A DNA stretch of 64,000 nucleotides from an uncultured virus (IMG/VR IMGVR_UViG_3300044638_000550). Lineage: Duplodnaviria; Heunggongvirae; Uroviricota; Caudoviricetes. A program made the translations under genes and the position numbers. The stretch lies in IMG/VR virus record IMGVR_UViG_3300044638_000550. One strand, 5' to 3'. Of this stretch, positions 54,458 to 64,000 are shown in pieces; the first letter of the stretch is position 1; every line of letters begins with the position of its first letter. A model generated the notes under the pieces. It saw only the letters and a program-made list of their open reading frames with translations. It was not told the DNA's origin and ran no database searches.

Positions 54458-56530
54458 TTATGTCGCTTTGATCATAGAGCCAAGCAAAGCCGTGTTGCCA
54501 AGGTTGCTCAATGCGGTTGCGTTGTTAGCGCCACTTTGTGTCGCATTGGTTGCCAAAGCTGATCCTGTACCTACGGCAAGGTTAGCGGCATTCAAACCCG
54601 CTACGTTGGCGGCATTGACACCCGTAGCATAATTGTTTGTCAAGTTACTACCAAACGTGTTAGCCGCATTGTTCAAATTGCTACCATATTGGTTGTAAGC
54701 GCCTTGCATTGTGTTGGCATTGTTGACCATATTGCCAGCATAAGCATTAGAGCCACTTAGTAAGTTACTTCCATATTGGTTGTAAGCATTTTGCATCTGA
54801 CCCGCATTTGAAACCCTAGCGTTTCCATAGTTACTAGACAATGACCCCAAGTTTCCACCTAATGTATTGCCAAGACTTACTAATTGACCGCTAGATGTTG
54901 TTCCAATATTTGCCATGTTTGACAAAGTGTTGTAGATGTTTGATCGTTGATCTTGAAAATTTTTGAACGCATTTTGATAAGCGCCACTTGCATAGTTTTG
55001 TGTGTAGTCTTGCAAACCTCTTAATGCATTTCCACCTAAAGCACCACCACTCATATTTCCAAGGCGTTGATTAGCCATTTGGCCTTGACCTAATTGGAAC
55101 GCATAGTTAGGCGCTAATTCGGTATTGAGATCAGCCGTTCCAAATTGCTTTGTGAAATAGGGCGTATTCGCCAAAATTTCTGTTGAGGCTCTTTTACCAA
55201 TGTTTTGATAAGGTTCTTGATAACCAACTTGTTCGTCGTATAAATTATTTAGATCAGTTTTTGTATCTTTGTAAGTGTTTTCCAACGCTGTATTCGTATC
55301 GCCATAAACACCCGCTTGTGCATTTATGGTGTTGTTTAAATTAGTATTTAAATTTAAATAATTATTGGCTAAATTTCTATTTGTGTCACCATAAACACCC
55401 GCTTGGGCATTAATGATGTTGTTCAAATTGGTGCTTTGGTTTGTAAAAATGTTGTTTAAATCTCTACGCCCCGCAGCGTTTAAGTCCCTTGCATCCGCAT
55501 AAGTGCTTGTTAACCTATCATTGGCTCTTGCTCCATACTCATTGATCAAGTTTCTAGCATCGGTAATGCCTTCTCGGTTGGCAATGTTTCCAAGCAAATT
55601 GCTACCAGCAGCTACTGCCAATCCAGTTAAAGGATCAATCAATGTTTTTGCCGCATTAGCCGCATTAGCTACTGTGTTTGCCGTATTAACTGCATTACCC
55701 GCATTAGCCACATTTGCTGCTGTGTTTGCACTAGCACCCGCATTAGCAAGTTCAGAAGCACCCAAGTCTGACATTGCAGTTGCCCCAGCGTTTGCCGCTT
55801 CAAAAGCAGAACCCGCACCCGTCCCCGCCAAAGAATTAAGAGCCGTACCGCCTTCAAAAGCGCCCGCACCCGCATTAGCTAATTCAAATGCAGAACCAGC
55901 GCCTGTGCCAGCTAAAGAACTAATTGCAGAACCACCCTCAAAAGCGCCCGCACCTGCGTTTGCTAATTCAAATGCAGAACCCGCCCCTGTTCCTGCCGCA
56001 CCTGTTCCAGCAAATACACCATCAAAAACACCCGCACCACCAGCCACGCCTAATATGGCGGCTTGCACCACTGGGTCTTTGAGCATTTCTTTCATGCCGC
56101 CAAAAAATGACAAATCTTTTTTGGTTTTTACAGTATTTACAAACTCGCCATCTCCACTATAAATTTGTACTGGCGTTCCAACAGGGGCCTTATAATTAAT
56201 ATCGCCATTGCTTTTAGACATGGCAAAACCCTCAAGAGGGCCAATTTGCTCATCCATGCCAGAGCCAGTTGTTCTGTATTGAGGGGCGATAACAGTATCG
56301 CCAAGTGTTACTGAATTGCCAGGAGAAATCGTAGCCGCAACCCTAGCGGCTATTTTTCCCTCTGGAATATTCGCAACCCTAGACATTTGTTCGGGCGAAA
56401 TTCCACTGCTTTGCATTAACTCAACAAGTTGAGAATCATTCATGTTTGGGTTAGCCAACAACTTACTTACAACTTGTTGATCTGTTAAACCAATACTTTT
56501 GGTCACTAATGAATTTACTAGGTTATCCAT
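54458..56530 (-). CDS. Pilot/DNA transfer protein (B), repeat-expanded
   Basis: Homolog of 20917-22626. Confidence 0.7.
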   Translation of the reverse strand: MDNLVNSLVTKSIGLTDQQVVSKLLANPNMNDSQLVELMQSSGISPEQMSRVANIPEGKIAARVAATISPGNSVTLGDTVIAPQYRTTGSGMDEQIGPLEGFAMSKSNGDINYKAPVGTPVQIYSGDGEFVNTVKTKKDLSFFGGMKEMLKDPVVQAAILGVAGGAGVFDGVFAGTGAAGTGAGSAFELANAGAGAFEGGSAISSLAGTGAGSAFELANAGAGAFEGGTALNSLAGTGAGSAFEAANAGATAMSDLGASELANAGASANTAANVANAGNAVNTANTVANAANAAKTLIDPLTGLAVAAGSNLLGNIANREGITDARNLINEYGARANDRLTSTYADARDLNAAGRRDLNNIFTNQSTNLNNIINAQAGVYGDTNRNLANNYLNLNTNLNNTINAQAGVYGDTNTALENTYKDTKTDLNNLYDEQVGYQEPYQNIGKRASTEILANTPYFTKQFGTADLNTELAPNYAFQLGQGQMANQRLGNMSGGALGGNALRGLQDYTQNYASGAYQNAFKNFQDQRSNIYNTLSNMANIGTTSSGQLVSLGNTLGGNLGSLSSNYGNARVSNAGQMQNAYNQYGSNLLSGSNAYAGNMVNNANTMQGAYNQYGSNLNNAANTFGSNLTNNYATGVNAANVAGLNAANLAVGTGSALATNATQSGANNATALSNLGNTALLGSMIKAT

Positions 56531-56543
56531 GACTTAAACTTTC

Positions 56544-56780
56544 TCAAACATTGTAGTAAGGCACTTTGAAACTTTGCCCATTTACGGTGACATTGATAAA
56601 CCCAACGGGGTTAGCGGGTAGGGTTGCCGTTCCCGTTGTTGCAGTCTCGGACGAACTAAAGTTCAACAAGTTAATAAAAAATTGTTGCCATGAACGTGAT
56701 GGACGATTAGTCGCCCCATCCAAAAACGGTGCTTGTGGATAGGGGTTAACTTGTTGCGTGTTAGATAGTCCATTAGACAT
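56544..56780 (-). CDS. Small virion protein (B)
   Basis: Homolog of 22640-22879. Confidence 0.7.
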   Translation of the reverse strand: MSNGLSNTQQVNPYPQAPFLDGATNRPSRSWQQFFINLLNFSSSETATTGTATLPANPVGFINVTVNGQSFKVPYYNV

Positions 56781-59038
56781 TAGTTCTCTGCCCCTTGCAC
56801 TTTAAGGTTTGCTGAAATAATCACCATCTTCACGGGATCGGTCACCACAACTTCAAACACACGATCCCGAGCCGTTCCCAATCTTCGCCAAATAGCACGA
56901 TTCTTGTACCTACCGAGTTGACCAATGCCCACCCAATATTCATTTGACCAAGTTGAACCACCATCATTTGACCACCGCAACATGGCTTGTGGCGTTGTTG
57001 TGGTTGGGTTAAGTTGACTAATAGAACCTAAAACATAGGTTTTAGTGGCCTCAATAATCAATGAATCTACGCTTCCAATTGTATAGGTATCGCCCAAATA
57101 AATAAAACCTGGGATTACGATTTGCTCATAATTTGAAAGCCCCGTAGTCCCCACGCCTGGCTGAAACTGTATCTGCAATTCATCAAAATATTGCCGTTGA
57201 AACTCGGTCACCAAATGGGGCGCTCTACGCAATCTGCGGATAGTCTGACCATCATCCGTATAGTTGTCTTTATCCAACTCATACAACTTACCATTCTCAT
57301 AGTCACCAATAATGACCAAGCCTTGAAACACCGCACAACAATTGCCACGGTGACGTTGGTAAGTGCTATCGTTTGCCAAGTAAAGCCACTTGTGCCACAA
57401 ACCCGTTGTGATGTCATAAGCCCATGTCAACTCAAGTGATGGGAAAGTGACCACAAAAACTTCGTGTCCCTCAAGTTGGTAAGTCCACGAAATGGCATCA
57501 CCAACATATTGATTGACCAAAGTGTTCTCTACTGCATGAGTGGAAATCCTTTGAGGGATATAACCTTGCATTTGCATAATCTGCGCTTGGCCACGGTTGT
57601 TCCTTGAGACATACGCAAAAGAGTTACCAAGTCGGGCAACCGAAAAAGGCGCTGCAATGCCGTGTTGCGTTGAAGTGCCAGGAATTCTTTGAAACGGGAA
57701 CGGCACAGCCCCCACATCAGTCCACACCTCAGAAGAAATCTCACCCAACAAATAAACTTCTCGGTGATCAACAATCAAAGCCACCAAGTCATCAGGTGCG
57801 CCATCTTTAAGCGAAAAACTTAAAGTAGGTGAAACGGGCGACAAAAGGTCACTAGCACCAAATTGTTGAGTCGTTGGGTTGTTATAGACAAAGTAGTTGT
57901 CAATAATGTCCACGGTGTTTGCACCGCTAAACGCACCATCGGTAGAGGGCAAAACAGAAAAATTAAGCCCGTAAAACGTCCTAATGTTTAAGAAGCCTGA
58001 ACTACTTATTGTGTACGTTCCAACCCCACCCGTACCCGTTCCAAGAGCCGTAATGATCGTGTCAACGGCTATTCCCACACCTTGAATGGTTTGACCAACG
58101 TAAAGGCTACCACTTGCCACAGCGGTCACATTCATAGTGGTAGGTGCTACTTGGTATGTTAAACCCGTTGGCGTTCCCGCAGTTGTGGTAATTGCCGCAC
58201 CGCCCAAAGTCGCAGACAAGGTGAATGTCGTTGAAGTGTTTGTGGCAATGATGTAATAAGTTGTTGGGTTGACATAGCCCGAGATTGAACCCGTGCCACC
58301 ATAAGTTCCGCTAATTGTCAAAGATTGACCAATAGCCAAAGGGATAGGGGAAGCTGCACAAGCAAACTGACCCGCCACGCCCGTGATTGTCACCGTGGAT
58401 AGATCAGCGCCAATGGTTGCCGTGACCTTGGCGGCTACGGTGACCGAATTTAAAGTATTTGACGCAACCGTTTGGGATAGGTTAATTTCATAAGTTCCAA
58501 CGCCACCCGAACCCGTTAACAAGCCCGTAATAACGGTTTCATTGTCAACGCCAACGCCAAACAATGCTTGATCAGCGGCAATCGTGCCACTTGAAACGCC
58601 CGTGACGGTTAAAACAGTTCCACTAATAGAGCCTGTGAACACGGCAGAGGCGGGGCTAGAAATGCGGAATGTGTAACGAAAAGCACCGTCAACCAAATAG
58701 ACATTGACCCCGTTGTCGGTAATCCGCACTATTCCAGAACTGGAATTAAGTTGACCAATTACGGTAGGCACTAAATTAGAAGTTAGTGAATATACATAAG
58801 GCCCACAAACCGCAATTAATTGCTCACCACCCGAAATTGTGTGCAGCCCACGAACCTCTTGTGCGTTGGGTAAAACAGCTTTGACGGTGAGGCCAGGCGT
58901 GGGGTAAAGCGCCACCACCCCCCGTTCCCCTTGCTGTTTAGCGGGGTCAACTTCGGGAAAGAAATTGATGCACTCTTGAGCATCTTGATAAATACTCGGT
59001 GCTTCATACGATGCGCCAACAAAACCAAAATCTGGCAT
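56780..59038 (-). CDS. gp10-like tail hub protein (B)
   Basis: Homolog of 22879-24867 with extra insert. Confidence 0.85.
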   Translation of the reverse strand: MPDFGFVGASYEAPSIYQDAQECINFFPEVDPAKQQGERGVVALYPTPGLTVKAVLPNAQEVRGLHTISGGEQLIAVCGPYVYSLTSNLVPTVIGQLNSSSGIVRITDNGVNVYLVDGAFRYTFRISSPASAVFTGSISGTVLTVTGVSSGTIAADQALFGVGVDNETVITGLLTGSGGVGTYEINLSQTVASNTLNSVTVAAKVTATIGADLSTVTITGVAGQFACAASPIPLAIGQSLTISGTYGGTGSISGYVNPTTYYIIATNTSTTFTLSATLGGAAITTTAGTPTGLTYQVAPTTMNVTAVASGSLYVGQTIQGVGIAVDTIITALGTGTGGVGTYTISSSGFLNIRTFYGLNFSVLPSTDGAFSGANTVDIIDNYFVYNNPTTQQFGASDLLSPVSPTLSFSLKDGAPDDLVALIVDHREVYLLGEISSEVWTDVGAVPFPFQRIPGTSTQHGIAAPFSVARLGNSFAYVSRNNRGQAQIMQMQGYIPQRISTHAVENTLVNQYVGDAISWTYQLEGHEVFVVTFPSLELTWAYDITTGLWHKWLYLANDSTYQRHRGNCCAVFQGLVIIGDYENGKLYELDKDNYTDDGQTIRRLRRAPHLVTEFQRQYFDELQIQFQPGVGTTGLSNYEQIVIPGFIYLGDTYTIGSVDSLIIEATKTYVLGSISQLNPTTTTPQAMLRWSNDGGSTWSNEYWVGIGQLGRYKNRAIWRRLGTARDRVFEVVVTDPVKMVIISANLKVQGAEN

Positions 59039-59047
59039 GGTAGCCCC

Positions 59048-60028
59048 TTAAATAAAGCCGCCAGTTAAAATCCAACCCGCATCCTTGGCTCTACCCGTTT
59101 GCAAAGCATCGGGGTAACGTGCCACCGCTAGAGGGGCCATGTTTGTGCGTTTGAGGGTAGCTTTGGCTTGACCCGCAAAGGTCTGAATCATCGCTATTTG
59201 CGTTGCAGAGGCTTTGCCATACATAGGCATCAAACGCTCGGCTAAACACCATCTAAGGCACATTGAATAGCCTTGTGGCAATGTTATGTCATCATACATA
59301 GATTCATAACGGCTAAACAAGGTATTGGCAAACAAGTGAAGTTCGCCTTGTGAGGGGCTAGGCCAAACAAACAAGTTTCCCGATTCAGTGCCTGGGTTAA
59401 AGTAAACCGCTTTTGGCCACGGGCCACTTAGCGTTTTTAAACCAATCATTTCGTAATCTTGCAAAGCAAGAACCGACATGGGGTAATCCAAACCACCACC
59501 CGTAATCGGCTGACCATTAGATGTAGTGTTTACCCTAACAAATGCCGAATCAATGTTAAGTGGCTTTTGGTAGTAAGCCGTGACGGTTGTTGAGGCAACG
59601 GTTTGATTAATGTTGACTTGGTAAGTGCCTTGCTCATTGATGTTGCCACCCGCACCCGTCAAGAATTGCGTAATCTTTGTTCCCGCTGTGATTCCCGTTC
59701 CACTTAGGGTTTGCCCTTGTGCCAAAGCGCCCGACAAAATGCCCGTAACGGTCAAAATATTACCCGTGATTGAGCCTGTAAAAGACGCACCGATAAAGTT
59801 TAAAGTCGATGGGTTAGGGCCAATCGTGTATTGAGTTTGTCCCGAAATGACGGGGCAAATGATTTCGGTGACATTGAAAACCATCATGTTTTCATTTGAC
59901 CATTGGTCAATCATGTCGTTCATCATGTCAAACGCATCAAGCGCTGCGTCTGGCGTTGGCGTTTCACCCGCCTCCAATGCGCCTATGTCCTTAAGCGCTC
60001 TACTAATTACGTCATAAGGCACGGTCAT
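59048..60028 (-). CDS. gp4-like head-tail adaptor (B)
   Basis: Homolog of 25525-26505. Confidence 0.8.
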   Translation of the reverse strand: MTVPYDVISRALKDIGALEAGETPTPDAALDAFDMMNDMIDQWSNENMMVFNVTEIICPVISGQTQYTIGPNPSTLNFIGASFTGSITGNILTVTGILSGALAQGQTLSGTGITAGTKITQFLTGAGGNINEQGTYQVNINQTVASTTVTAYYQKPLNIDSAFVRVNTTSNGQPITGGGLDYPMSVLALQDYEMIGLKTLSGPWPKAVYFNPGTESGNLFVWPSPSQGELHLFANTLFSRYESMYDDITLPQGYSMCLRWCLAERLMPMYGKASATQIAMIQTFAGQAKATLKRTNMAPLAVARYPDALQTGRAKDAGWILTGGFI

Positions 60029-60040
60029 AGGTTTTCCTTA

Positions 60041-60078
60041 CTATTTCACAATAAATGTTTGAACAAATCAAACTTCAT
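60041..60078 (-). pseudogene. Collapsed relic of the A 26515-26838 gene
   Basis: QTFIVK-stop aligns with A QTFTVEM-stop and the shared downstream RBS. Confidence 0.5.
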
Positions 60079-60080
60079 AA

Positions 60081-60317
60081 TTAATTTAACGCTTGAATTT
60101 GGGCAGTTAAGGCTTGCAATTGAGCAAGTAGTTCTTCTTTAGTTGGTGTAGTAACGGTTGGCTCAACCATCACAGGGGCAGTAAACACACCATCAGCGTA
60201 AGTCCAACCTATTCCACCATATTCACATTCCACCAAAATTTGATTAGGTGCTAGTTCGGGTTGTCCAATGACAACATTTACCACTAAGCCATTTTCAATA
60301 ATTGCGTATCTGTCCAT
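60081..60317 (-). CDS. Tail fibre assembly-like small protein
   Basis: MDRYAIIENG.VVNV..GIGWTY.DG.FTAP; follows Gly-rich fibre. Confidence 0.65.
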   Translation of the reverse strand: MDRYAIIENGLVVNVVIGQPELAPNQILVECEYGGIGWTYADGVFTAPVMVEPTVTTPTKEELLAQLQALTAQIQALN

Positions 60318-60324
60318 ATTTACC

Positions 60325-61338
60325 TTAATATGTAGTAATTCTTGCAAATCCAGCACCACCCGCACCGCCAGCACCAGAGTTTGTGCCATTTAATGAAGCA
60401 CCGCCACCGCCACCGCCAGAGCCTCTTATGCCAGCTCCACCATTACCCGCTGGGGTTGGACTAACAGAATTTGCCGCACCACCTCCGCCACCACTTCCAG
60501 AGCCAGTTGCACTAATAGTTCCATCGCCTCCATTACAAGTTGGTGAAGCGGCTACCGTACCATTAGTACCACCACCACCAGCTAGATACCTATTAGTTCC
60601 ACCTCCTGCACCGCCAGCGCTTGCAACATTTGCGCTACTTATGCCACCGCCAGCCCCACCACCGCCAGGGCCAAGCAATGAAGCACCACCGCCACCGCCA
60701 CCCGCACCAGCAGCGGAGCAACCACCACCACCGCCTCCACCACGTTCAGCATTTCCACCACTGCTAGTTCCCGAACCCGCACCACCGCCACCGCTAATAT
60801 TATTAAAATTACTAGTACCGCCATAATATTGTGTAAATGGGAGGCCACCATCTGCATGAGCCGCACCCGCACTTCCACCATTTCCAGCACCACCACTACC
60901 GCCACCACCACCGCCACAACCATTTGCCGCATCTGAACCTCCCGCACCAAAAGCACCAGCATAAGCGGTTAAGTAACCAACAAAAATTGTGTTTCCGCCA
61001 GAAGTTCCTTGATTTCCAGAAGTGCTATCTGCGGTTACAGCTGCACCACCATTACCACCCGCACCAATGGTCACAGATACAATAGATGGTATGTCACTAG
61101 CCTTGTAAATAACACTAACATAAGCGGCCCCAGAACCACCACCACCGCCTGATCTTTGACTAACAGCCGCACCTCTACGACCACTGCCACCACCACCGCC
61201 ACCGCCCCAAAGTTCTACTTGAACATAATTAGCGTTTGGCGGTTTAACCCATCTACTAGAAAAAATAAATTCTTGAACATTAGTTGGTCTGTCATTTACA
61301 ACATAATTAAATGAACTAGGTTGATTGGGCTGTGACAT
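60325..61338 (-). CDS. Glycine-rich receptor-binding/tail fibre protein
   Basis: W.KP..A..V.V...GGGGGG.G start, G.GG.G.ARI end; probable start MSQPN. Confidence 0.75.
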   Translation of the reverse strand: MSQPNQPSSFNYVVNDRPTNVQEFIFSSRWVKPPNANYVQVELWGGGGGGGSGRRGAAVSQRSGGGGGSGAAYVSVIYKASDIPSIVSVTIGAGGNGGAAVTADSTSGNQGTSGGNTIFVGYLTAYAGAFGAGGSDAANGCGGGGGGSGGAGNGGSAGAAHADGGLPFTQYYGGTSNFNNISGGGGAGSGTSSGGNAERGGGGGGGCSAAGAGGGGGGASLLGPGGGGAGGGISSANVASAGGAGGGTNRYLAGGGGTNGTVAASPTCNGGDGTISATGSGSGGGGGAANSVSPTPAGNGGAGIRGSGGGGGGASLNGTNSGAGGAGGAGFARITTY

Positions 61339-61339
61339 T

Positions 61340-61822
61340 TTAGTAATTTCCACCAAATGCAGAAACAGCGATACCAATGTTTGTACCACCAGCCGCTACC
61401 GTTGTACCCGCATAAATTCTGTAAGTTGCAGGGAGGTTCAAACCCACACTAGGAATCGTCAATGGATAAATGGTCAAAGCCGTTGTTCCCAAGGCGGTCA
61501 CGGCCGTTGCGGGGATAGCTACTTCACCTAAAAAAATGTTTGTGCTTGCCGTTGTATTAGCAGCACCATTGTTAATCCAAAAACGAACAACCGTTGCCGA
61601 TGAAGTACCCGATGCGGTTGCACCATTGGTTGAAGCCAAACGACACATAATTTGATCAATACGAGCGCCATCAGCACCCGCAGTAAAGACAAGCACCATG
61701 GCCGTGCCAACGGCTTGAGTACCGTCAAAAGCGGTTGTGTTGGTCATTGCCGTGCTTAAAACGGCATTTGTTGCGCCTACGTTTGGCGTTTGCGTAAAAA
61801 CAGGTGTTGCTGTGACTGCCAT
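61340..61822 (-). CDS. Tail fibre-associated beta protein
   Basis: Thr/Ala-rich, FGGNY end, in fibre cluster. Confidence 0.65.
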   Translation of the reverse strand: MAVTATPVFTQTPNVGATNAVLSTAMTNTTAFDGTQAVGTAMVLVFTAGADGARIDQIMCRLASTNGATASGTSSATVVRFWINNGAANTTASTNIFLGEVAIPATAVTALGTTALTIYPLTIPSVGLNLPATYRIYAGTTVAAGGTNIGIAVSAFGGNY

Positions 61823-61824
61823 GA

Positions 61825-62190
61825 TTAAAAACCCCCAAAATTAGTTTGCATAAAAATATTAGCGCCCGTGCTACCACCGCCCGCTGAAATTGTGATTGAC
61901 CCCGAGCCATTTGTAATGGTGATGCCACTTCCTTGTGTCAATGTTGCCAATGTGTAACTTGACCCATTGCCAATCAACAATTGACCGTTTGTAGGCACAC
62001 TAGAAACGCCCGTTCCACCACCCGTGATCCCAACTGCGCCAAACGCCAATGTGCCACTACCATCGGTTTTAAGAACCTGACCGTTAGCACCATCGGCTAA
62101 AGGCAAAGTAAAGTTGGTTGTGGAACTTGTGCTAGGGGCAAGTAAATTGACCGATCCACCCGCTGAAGATTGAAAGACTAAAGTTCCCAT
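61825..62190 (-). CDS. Short tail fibre segment
   Basis: N-terminus MGTLVFQ..GG.VNL shared with A 27152-28567. Confidence 0.7.
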   Translation of the reverse strand: MGTLVFQSSAGGSVNLLAPSTSSTTNFTLPLADGANGQVLKTDGSGTLAFGAVGITGGGTGVSSVPTNGQLLIGNGSSYTLATLTQGSGITITNGSGSITISAGGGSTGANIFMQTNFGGF

Positions 62191-62211
62191 GATGTTCCTT
62201 TAGTAAGCGGA

Positions 62212-62787
62212 TTAGGCGTTATGAATCACGCAAAAGTTAATCACAACGGCTTCAGACAATGAACCACCTGAAATGTTGCGTAATGAAATGCTAACACTAC
62301 CCGCAGCCAAACCATTAGCAAATACGTTGTATGAGCCAGGCGTGGCTTGACCACCAGAAATTGTCAAAATTACAGTATCGTTAACGCTGATCGTTGAATT
62401 ATTTAACGTAAAAGTTGCATTAGTTGCAGTAGTTAATAAAGCGTTGTTCATTGTGATACGACCCGCAGACTTATCTAAAGTCACCGCAGTTGACTTGCTT
62501 GTCAATTGGGTAACAGTTCCTTGTGCGGCAGCTGAGTAACCAAGTTCGCTTGAAGCGTAAACGGTTGTTCCCGTCACGGCAGCGGGGGTTGTGCCACCAA
62601 TGACCGTGTTGTTAATTGTTGAGCCTGTAATGACTGTGTTATTAATTGTTGAGCCTGTAATCGGAGGGCTAAAGTAAGCCCCCGCTGGCCCAACCAAACC
62701 CAAGCAAGCGCCCGCTGAATCAAACTCAGCTTGCACAGGGACAATGTTTGTAGTAGATGTGTTTGCAACGGAATTAGTGCTTGACAT
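62212..62787 (-). CDS. Tail fibre protein
   Basis: NIVPVQA.F and IT.STIN shared with the A 753-aa fibre; different C-domain. Confidence 0.7.
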   Translation of the reverse strand: MSSTNSVANTSTTNIVPVQAEFDSAGACLGLVGPAGAYFSPPITGSTINNTVITGSTINNTVIGGTTPAAVTGTTVYASSELGYSAAAQGTVTQLTSKSTAVTLDKSAGRITMNNALLTTATNATFTLNNSTISVNDTVILTISGGQATPGSYNVFANGLAAGSVSISLRNISGGSLSEAVVINFCVIHNA

Positions 62788-62799
62788 GGGTTTTTCCTT

Positions 62800-63147
62800 T
62801 TAGCTTTGATCGCCCACAGGGGTGATGTAAACAATTGACGGGCCAGCGGCTGAACCAATCAGTCGGACGTAGTAAGGGCTTGCGGGTACTGCCAAGACAA
62901 TCGGAACTGTCATTGAGGCGGGTAACACAAAGTTCCCTGTGGTTGAACCGCTGACGGGCAAAACAGCCGCACCCACGTTAGCATCGCCAAGGCTTACAGC
63001 AACATAGGTAGCACCCGTGTTGATGAAAGAGGCGTAGTTAACTTGGTCATTGGTGCTTGCCTTGATCTGCGTAGCAGTGGTAGAAGAAGCCGCCACCGAA
63101 ATGGCGGTTGTGACTCCTACGGGGCGTAAGACCGTTGTATTAGACAT
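62800..63147 (-). CDS. Virion structural protein (B)
   Basis: Homolog of 30848-31195. Confidence 0.7.
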   Translation of the reverse strand: MSNTTVLRPVGVTTAISVAASSTTATQIKASTNDQVNYASFINTGATYVAVSLGDANVGAAVLPVSGSTTGNFVLPASMTVPIVLAVPASPYYVRLIGSAAGPSIVYITPVGDQS

Positions 63148-63149
63148 GA

Positions 63150-63473
63150 TTAGCCCGCTGTTGTGGGTAATGGGCCTTCAAACCGAATCACATCCACAAG
63201 GTATGTGCCAGCGGTAGGAGTTAACGATCCCGCAGTGACATTTCCAAATTGGATGCTTAGTGTATTGTCGGCAGAGCAACGTGCGTCAGCGATAAAAACA
63301 CCCGCAGTTTGAGCCGCTTGACAAGCCACCAAAACGTGATCTGTTGACAAAAGGCCTGGCACGGTAAATGTTTGTGCCGCAGTGGTTGCCGCTGCAACAG
63401 CAGCAGGGGTCAAGGACGGGCCAACATAAAATGTTTGCAACGCATTGCCACGGGCTAGGGTAGTAGAGGGCAT
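63150..63473 (-). CDS. Virion structural protein (B)
   Basis: Homolog of 31198-31521; start at MPSTT. Confidence 0.7.
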   Translation of the reverse strand: MPSTTLARGNALQTFYVGPSLTPAAVAAATTAAQTFTVPGLLSTDHVLVACQAAQTAGVFIADARCSADNTLSIQFGNVTAGSLTPTAGTYLVDVIRFEGPLPTTAG

Positions 63474-63512
63474 GATGATTCCTTTAGAGAATGAGTAAAT
63501 TGTAACGCTAAA

Positions 63513-63550
63513 TAAAGAAAAAGCCACCCCTTTTGAGAGTGGCTCTTTCT
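63513..63550. terminator. Intrinsic terminator (B)
   Basis: Same stem as 31563-31600. Confidence 0.75.
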
Positions 63551-63566
63551 CACATCACATCAGGAT

Positions 63567-63992
63567 TTAGCTGAATGTGCTGAAGTCGTAGCCATAGACG
63601 TAAACATCCATCGTAGCGGCTGCGCCTTGTGCCGTGCCAACATTCAGATACAGGTTTTGACCCGTTTGAATGCCTGTGGCAGCAACGGTGCGTTGTGACA
63701 CTACGGTTGCGGATGTCAAAGCCGACAAAGCGGCATTGGCGACAATTCCTGTACCCGCTGCGCTAGGGGCTGTAAACAGACCCGCTGCGGCAGTTGTCAA
63801 TGAAATTGAAGCATTGGTGAAAACCACATTGCTAACAGAGTAGTTTGTGGAGTTGTTGATTGCGATAACCGCTTGATCACCCGTTGCATTGACGTTCACA
63901 CCAATTGCAACGCCTAAAAGACGAATTGCTTGGTTAGATGCCAAATTGGATGGGTGAATCGTTGTGCTACTTGCTGGGCCTGGATTTGCCAT
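63567..63992 (-). CDS. Putative capsid decoration protein (B type)
   Basis: Shares only MANPGPA with the A gene in the same slot. Confidence 0.65.
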   Translation of the reverse strand: MANPGPASSTTIHPSNLASNQAIRLLGVAIGVNVNATGDQAVIAINNSTNYSVSNVVFTNASISLTTAAAGLFTAPSAAGTGIVANAALSALTSATVVSQRTVAATGIQTGQNLYLNVGTAQGAAATMDVYVYGYDFSTFS

Positions 63993-64000
63993 GATATGTA

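Larger units (their letters stand above)
33222..64000. mobile_element. Phage genome B, syntenic relative of A, running past the window end
   Basis: Second copy of each core gene in the same order, with many substitutions and swapped modules. Confidence 0.93.

Noticed and set aside
60383..61085. Pro-rich and His-rich plus-strand ORFs (also 21641-22246 and 55503-56162)
   Set aside because: Antisense shadows of Gly/Ala-rich structural genes
1..64000. Recent tandem duplication of one genome, or tandem prophages
   Set aside because: The copies differ by many substitutions and whole modules; no host genes, att sites or integrase were seen
1..64000. Alternative genetic code, or a specific host assignment
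   Set aside because: Genes are full-length in the standard code; the style suggests a proteobacterial host but nothing in the window proves it

Overview
The window holds two related but distinct P22-like podovirus genomes joined head-to-tail. Genome A spans 1-33221 and is a complete circular permutation of about 33.2 kb. Genome B spans 33222 to beyond 64000 and is about 32 kb by synteny, lacking only most of its coat gene. They meet at an exact 127-bp repeat (1-127 = 33222-33348), so the junction is most likely an assembly chimera. Both have the same layout: a minus-strand packaging, head, tail, ejection and lysis operon; a leftward cro-rep-rusA-ninB operon; and a rightward early operon with recombination genes. 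I found no integrase, CI repressor, tRNA or CRISPR array. Comparing the two genomes shows several things the ORF track misses: five repeated promoter/operator/hairpin/RBS cassettes beside a leaderless Cro gene, two covarying structured RNAs, a structured insert between terS and terL, a recoded gene end next to a free-standing GIY-YIG endonuclease, an ERF/Sak domain swap on a shared C-terminus, a possible T4-T-like holin, a zeta-toxin-like kinase cassette, and apparent CCGG/CGCG avoidance. All family assignments come from motif recognition by eye, not database searches.
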